Source: Gemmatimonadales bacterium
GTDB lineage: Bacteria > Gemmatimonadota > Gemmatimonadetes > Gemmatimonadales > GWC2-71-9
NCBI GenBank assembly: GCA_965249575.1
Contig: OZ252244.1
Span: forward strand, 224,001 to 288,000
Direction of reading: 5' to 3'
Length of the DNA: 64,000 bases
Every line of letters begins with the position of its first letter. Within the stretch, counting starts at the first letter, position 1. The translations under genes were made by a program, and so were the position numbers. Under the pieces are notes generated by a model. The model saw only the letters and a program-made list of their open reading frames with translations. It was not told the origin of the DNA and ran no database searches. Below, one piece after another: positions 60,212 to 64,000 of this stretch.

Positions 60212-61578
60212 GCCGCCGCCCCCGTGAGCAGAGAAAGGAGTTTGGGACCCACCTGCGTGATATCGCCCGCGCCCAGCGTGAGCACGACGTCGCCGTCCGA
60301 AACGATCTCGACCAGGCGTGCCGGCAGCTGCCCGCCCTCCGGCACCCACTCGACCGTCGCCCCTGCTCGCCGTGCCGCCCTCGCTACGATCGTTCCACTC
60401 ACACCCGAGATAGGTTTTTCCCGAGCACCGTAGATCTCGGTTACCACGGCTACATCGGCCGTGGAGAGCGCCACACCCATCTGCGTGCCAAGCGCTTGGG
60501 TTCGAGTGTACAAGTGAGGCTGGAAGACCGCCACGAGCCGGGATTTGGGGAAGCGTTGTCTGGCGGCGGCGATCGTGGCCACGACCTCCGACGGGTGGTG
60601 GGCGTAGTCGTCCACCACTGAGATCCCGCGAACCGTGCCGAGCGGCTCGAACCGGCGGCCCACTCCCTGAAACGTGGCGAGGGCCGCGAGCGCGGGCTCC
60701 ACCGCCCCTCCCAATGCCAGTACAGCCCCTAACGCCATAGCCGCATTCCGGAGGTTGTGGAGGCCGGGCTGGGACACCGTTAGCTCGGTCACGTCCCCGT
60801 CGGGGAGCGTCACCCGAGCCCGGCTCACCCGTGGGTCGCTGCGCACATCCGAGAGACGGATATCGGCTGCCTCCGCCACGCCTACCAGCCACACCGGAGA
60901 CGTCAGCGACCGGGCCACCCTCCGCGCGCCCGCGTCGTCGGCCCCCACCAACACCCGCCGGGCGGGGTAGGCGAACAGACCGAAGCTCGTTTCCAGCTGC
61001 TCGAGCGAGCCATAACACTCCAAGTGATCCGCTTCGACGTTGTTGACGATCGCAACCTCGGGCTTGAGCGAAAGGAACGCGCGGTCATATTCGTCGGCCT
61101 CCACCACAAACAGCCGGTCACTCCCCACCCGAGCGTTGCCCTCCCAGGCCGCCACGTGGCCGCCCGCGATGCCGGTGGGGTGGCGCCCGGTGGCTGCGAT
61201 CGCCTCGGTCGCCATCGCCGTGGTCGTGGTCTTGCCGTGGGTCCCGCTGACCCCCACCACCACGCCCTCGGAAACGATCTCCTGGAGCGCAGCGGCACGG
61301 GCGATCACTGGCACACCTGCCCGGGCCGCGGCCTGTAGCTCGGGATGATCCTGGGGGACCGCGGCGGTGTGGACGACCGCCCTCGCACCGTCAATGTGGC
61401 TTGGGTCGTGCCTATCGAAGATCGTGGATCCGGCGGCCCGCGCACCAGCGATGTCGGCGTCACATCCGGTGACGTTGACACCGCGGCTCCGGGCAATGAG
61501 AGCGAGCGCGCTCATTCCCGCACCTGCGATTCCCATGAAATGGATGGGTCGGGAATCCGCCGGGGTGAAGAGATGCAT
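60208..61578 (-). CDS. murC: UDP-N-acetylmuramate--L-alanine ligase
   Basis: HFMGIAGAGMS, GTHGKTTT, EADEYD, DDYAHHP, FQPHLYTRT. Confidence 0.96.
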   Translation of the reverse strand: MHLFTPADSRPIHFMGIAGAGMSALALIARSRGVNVTGCDADIAGARAAGSTIFDRHDPSHIDGARAVVHTAAVPQDHPELQAAARAGVPVIARAAALQEIVSEGVVVGVSGTHGKTTTTAMATEAIAATGRHPTGIAGGHVAAWEGNARVGSDRLFVVEADEYDRAFLSLKPEVAIVNNVEADHLECYGSLEQLETSFGLFAYPARRVLVGADDAGARRVARSLTSPVWLVGVAEAADIRLSDVRSDPRVSRARVTLPDGDVTELTVSQPGLHNLRNAAMALGAVLALGGAVEPALAALATFQGVGRRFEPLGTVRGISVVDDYAHHPSEVVATIAAARQRFPKSRLVAVFQPHLYTRTQALGTQMGVALSTADVAVVTEIYGAREKPISGVSGTIVARAARRAGATVEWVPEGGQLPARLVEIVSDGDVVLTLGAGDITQVGPKLLSLLTGAAA

Positions 61579-61629
61579 CGGTGGGCAAAAAATATAAGGC
61601 GAAGTCGAAAGTTCCGAAAGGGTCTACAC

Positions 61630-62724
61630 TTAGCTCACTCCCTCCAGGAGCGCAGCAACGATCTTCCGGGCCGCATCCGGAGCCCCGCGGGCGGCGGCGG
61701 CTGACCCCATCTGAGCCATCCTGGCCGGGTCCCGTAGTAGCTCCTGCACCGTCGTTGCCAGGGAGCGCCCGCCGAGGCCTTCCTCCGGCACATGGATGGC
61801 CGCTCCCGAGCGGGCCATGGCTCGGGCGTTGTGGGTCTGATGCCCGCCGGCCGCAGTGCCGAGAGGAACGAGAATGGAGGGGAGGCTACAGGCACAGATG
61901 TCGGCGATGGTCATGGCACCGGCCCGGGCCACCACCAAATCGGCGGCCTCAAGGGCCTCTGCAAGGGGATCCCAGAACGGACGGAGCTGTCTCAGCGGTG
62001 GCTGGTGATGTGTCTTGAAGCCCTCCCAATGTACCGGCCCCGTGCTCCATAGCACCGTGACATCAGCCAGCTCCTCGAGGTCGAGGGCCTTGCCGACTGC
62101 CTGGTTAATGATCAGGGACCCCTGACTCCCGCCAGTAACCAGCACGACCTGGGCGTCGGGTCGAATTCCGAGATGGGCGCGTCCCGCCGCGCGCCCGCCG
62201 TCGGCGGGCCGTGTTCTCGAGGAGACGGGATTGCCGTACGCGAAGACCGCGGTGGTAGGTCCAGTCGTGAGCGCCTCCTTGGCCTCCGGAAAACCGAGAT
62301 GCAGCTGTCGCGCGCGGCGGGCGAGCAACCTAGTCGTGAGGCCTGGTACCGCATTCTGTTCTTGGAGCGCAATCGGGAGGCCTCGTCGGACCGCGGAGAA
62401 TAGGACAGGGCCCGCCGCGTAGCCGCCTGTCCCGACGACAAGGCTGGGGCGCTCGAGATCGAGTACCTCGCGGCACTCGCGGAGCACCCGCCCCGCGAGA
62501 GAGGGCCAGCGCAGGTTCCGCCACAGGGCGCGACGGTGGATGGGTTCGGTGGACAGCAGATAGTAGCGGTAATCCCGCTCGGGAAGCAGGAGGCGCTCCA
62601 CGCCGCGCTCTGCACCGACGAGTACCGGCTCGACGTCGCTTCGAGCGGCGCGGAACGCCTCCGCGAGCGCCAGCGCAGGCATGAGATGCCCGCCTGTCCC
62701 GCCGCCAGCGAGCACGACTCTCAC
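61630..62724 (-). CDS. murG: MurG glycosyltransferase
   Basis: GGGTGGH, GTGGY, EQNAVPG, GGSQGS, RAGAMT, HQTHNA. Confidence 0.95.
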   Translation of the reverse strand: MRVVLAGGGTGGHLMPALALAEAFRAARSDVEPVLVGAERGVERLLLPERDYRYYLLSTEPIHRRALWRNLRWPSLAGRVLRECREVLDLERPSLVVGTGGYAAGPVLFSAVRRGLPIALQEQNAVPGLTTRLLARRARQLHLGFPEAKEALTTGPTTAVFAYGNPVSSRTRPADGGRAAGRAHLGIRPDAQVVLVTGGSQGSLIINQAVGKALDLEELADVTVLWSTGPVHWEGFKTHHQPPLRQLRPFWDPLAEALEAADLVVARAGAMTIADICACSLPSILVPLGTAAGGHQTHNARAMARSGAAIHVPEEGLGGRSLATTVQELLRDPARMAQMGSAAAARGAPDAARKIVAALLEGVS

Positions 62725-63863
62725 GAACGCGCCCGACTCGCTCCGCGGCGATTCCCGATACTGACGATGACCCCGGTAGCAAGCAGCGAAATGAAGAGAT
62801 TGGAACGACCGTACGATACGAACGGGAGCGGGAGGCCGGTGGTTGGCACCAGCGCCAGTGTTACGGCGATATGCAGGATAGCTGTGACACCGACCATCGC
62901 CGTCAATCCCGTCGCCAGCAGCAGGCCGAACCGGTCTGAAGCGGTACGCGCGATCCGCAGCCCAACTCCGATGTAGAGGGCGAATAGCAGAACCACCAAA
63001 CCGCCCCCGACGAATCCCCATTCCTCGCCGATCGTGCTGAAGATGAAGTCCGAGTACGCATAGGGGAGGTAACCGAGTTTCTGCAATCCCTCGCCGAATC
63101 CAACTCCAAACCAGCGGCCCGAACCGATCCCCAGCAGCGACTGCGAGACCTGCCAGCTCGAATCGGCAGCGTCAGCGCCCGGGCTCAGGAACGTCAGCAC
63201 CCTCGTCAGCTGATACTGGGCACCTTGAATCTCCCGCCACACGACAGGCACGCCAATCAGGCCGATCACGAGAAAGTGCCCCACCCGCGCGCCAGCGGTG
63301 AACAGGACAATCCCAACGATCAGGACCAACAACGCCGCGGTGGACAAGTCGGGCTCGAAGACGATCAGGAGCGCGGTTGGAAGAACGATAACGATGAACG
63401 GCAGCAACCCGTGCCTGAGATCTCGAATCTGGGCCCCCTTCTTCGTCGCGAGCATCGACACCCAAACGACCGCCGCGAATTTGGCGAACTCTGACGGTTG
63501 CACGATCACGACGCCGACATCCACCCAGCGCCGGGCGCCGTTGATCTCGGGCGCGATCGCCCCGGTGCCGGGCACGTACGGCACAAGCAGAAGCACGAGT
63601 GCCCCGCCGAGGAGCGGCCACGCCAGCCGCTGCCACACGTGGTAGTCGACGCGCGCAGCGATGAGCAGGCCTCCGACACCCAGAACCCCGCCAATCAATT
63701 GGCGGAGCGCGAACCACGAACCGACGCGCCCGGCTTGTACGGCCGCAATGCTCGAGGCGCCATACACCGCCGCGATACCGAACGCCAGCAGGCTACACGC
63801 GACGATGCCGATCAGGCGCGCGTCCCACGCTCCCGGGAGCCGCGACAGGGGCGCTGCGGTCAT
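62721..63863 (-). CDS. ftsW: SEDS protein FtsW
   Basis: [36 protein letters not shown]. Confidence 0.95.
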   Translation of the reverse strand: MTAAPLSRLPGAWDARLIGIVACSLLAFGIAAVYGASSIAAVQAGRVGSWFALRQLIGGVLGVGGLLIAARVDYHVWQRLAWPLLGGALVLLLVPYVPGTGAIAPEINGARRWVDVGVVIVQPSEFAKFAAVVWVSMLATKKGAQIRDLRHGLLPFIVIVLPTALLIVFEPDLSTAALLVLIVGIVLFTAGARVGHFLVIGLIGVPVVWREIQGAQYQLTRVLTFLSPGADAADSSWQVSQSLLGIGSGRWFGVGFGEGLQKLGYLPYAYSDFIFSTIGEEWGFVGGGLVVLLFALYIGVGLRIARTASDRFGLLLATGLTAMVGVTAILHIAVTLALVPTTGLPLPFVSYGRSNLFISLLATGVIVSIGNRRGASRARS

Positions 63864-64000
63864 TCGCGCGTCACCAGCCCCCGAAAGGCCTCACCGCGCT
63901 CTTCGAACCCGCTGAACTGATCGAAGCTGCTGCAGCCAGGCGAGAGCAACACGGAGTCCCCTGGCAGGGCGAGCCGCTCGGCAAGTCGAACGGCAGCTTC
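63860..64000 (-). CDS. murD: MurD C-terminus (partial)
   Basis: [24 protein letters not shown]. Confidence 0.9.
   Translation of the reverse strand, partial: EAAVRLAERLALPGDSVLLSPGCSSFDQFSGFEERGEAFRGLVTRE

Noticed and set aside
1..64000. tRNA, rRNA, integrase or transposase bounding the accessory region
   Set aside because: None recognised by eye; tRNAscan and ISEScan would be needed to exclude them

Overview
GC-rich bacterial window, most likely Gemmatimonadota (inferred from protein styles and gene order, not from a marker gene). It has two parts. About 1-36 kb is accessory and about 36-64 kb is housekeeping (mcm, fbp, comEC, comFB, miaB, mtaB, alr, mazG, asnS, recG, ftsY, hisA, M23 peptidase, and the dcw end murD-ftsW-murG-murC-ftsQ-ftsA-ftsZ, mostly on the minus strand). 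Two things stand out. (1) An NRPS cluster at 7.5-22.8 kb encodes a PltE/AnaB-type prolyl-carrier dehydrogenase, a stand-alone A domain and carrier protein, a GAMT/Rmt2-like methyltransferase and a HupE/UreJ-type metal permease. It also encodes an Asn-coded module whose A domain is interrupted by an AlbIV/CysH-like SGGKD ATP-pyrophosphatase (AMDH-type) domain, a His-like module, and a docking+C protein cut off at a junction. The inferred product is a pyrrole/proline-Asn*-His peptide, possibly a Ni/Cu metallophore. (2) Two tandem GEMM-I riboswitches, both with A at the position equivalent to Vc2 G20 (the c-AMP-GMP-associated variant) and each overlapping a terminator, lie upstream of an Ig-repeat surface lipoprotein. 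Several frameshifts, motif substitutions and apparent deletion junctions could be real decay or assembly/sequencing error. All calls come from reading motifs by eye; no database searches were run.
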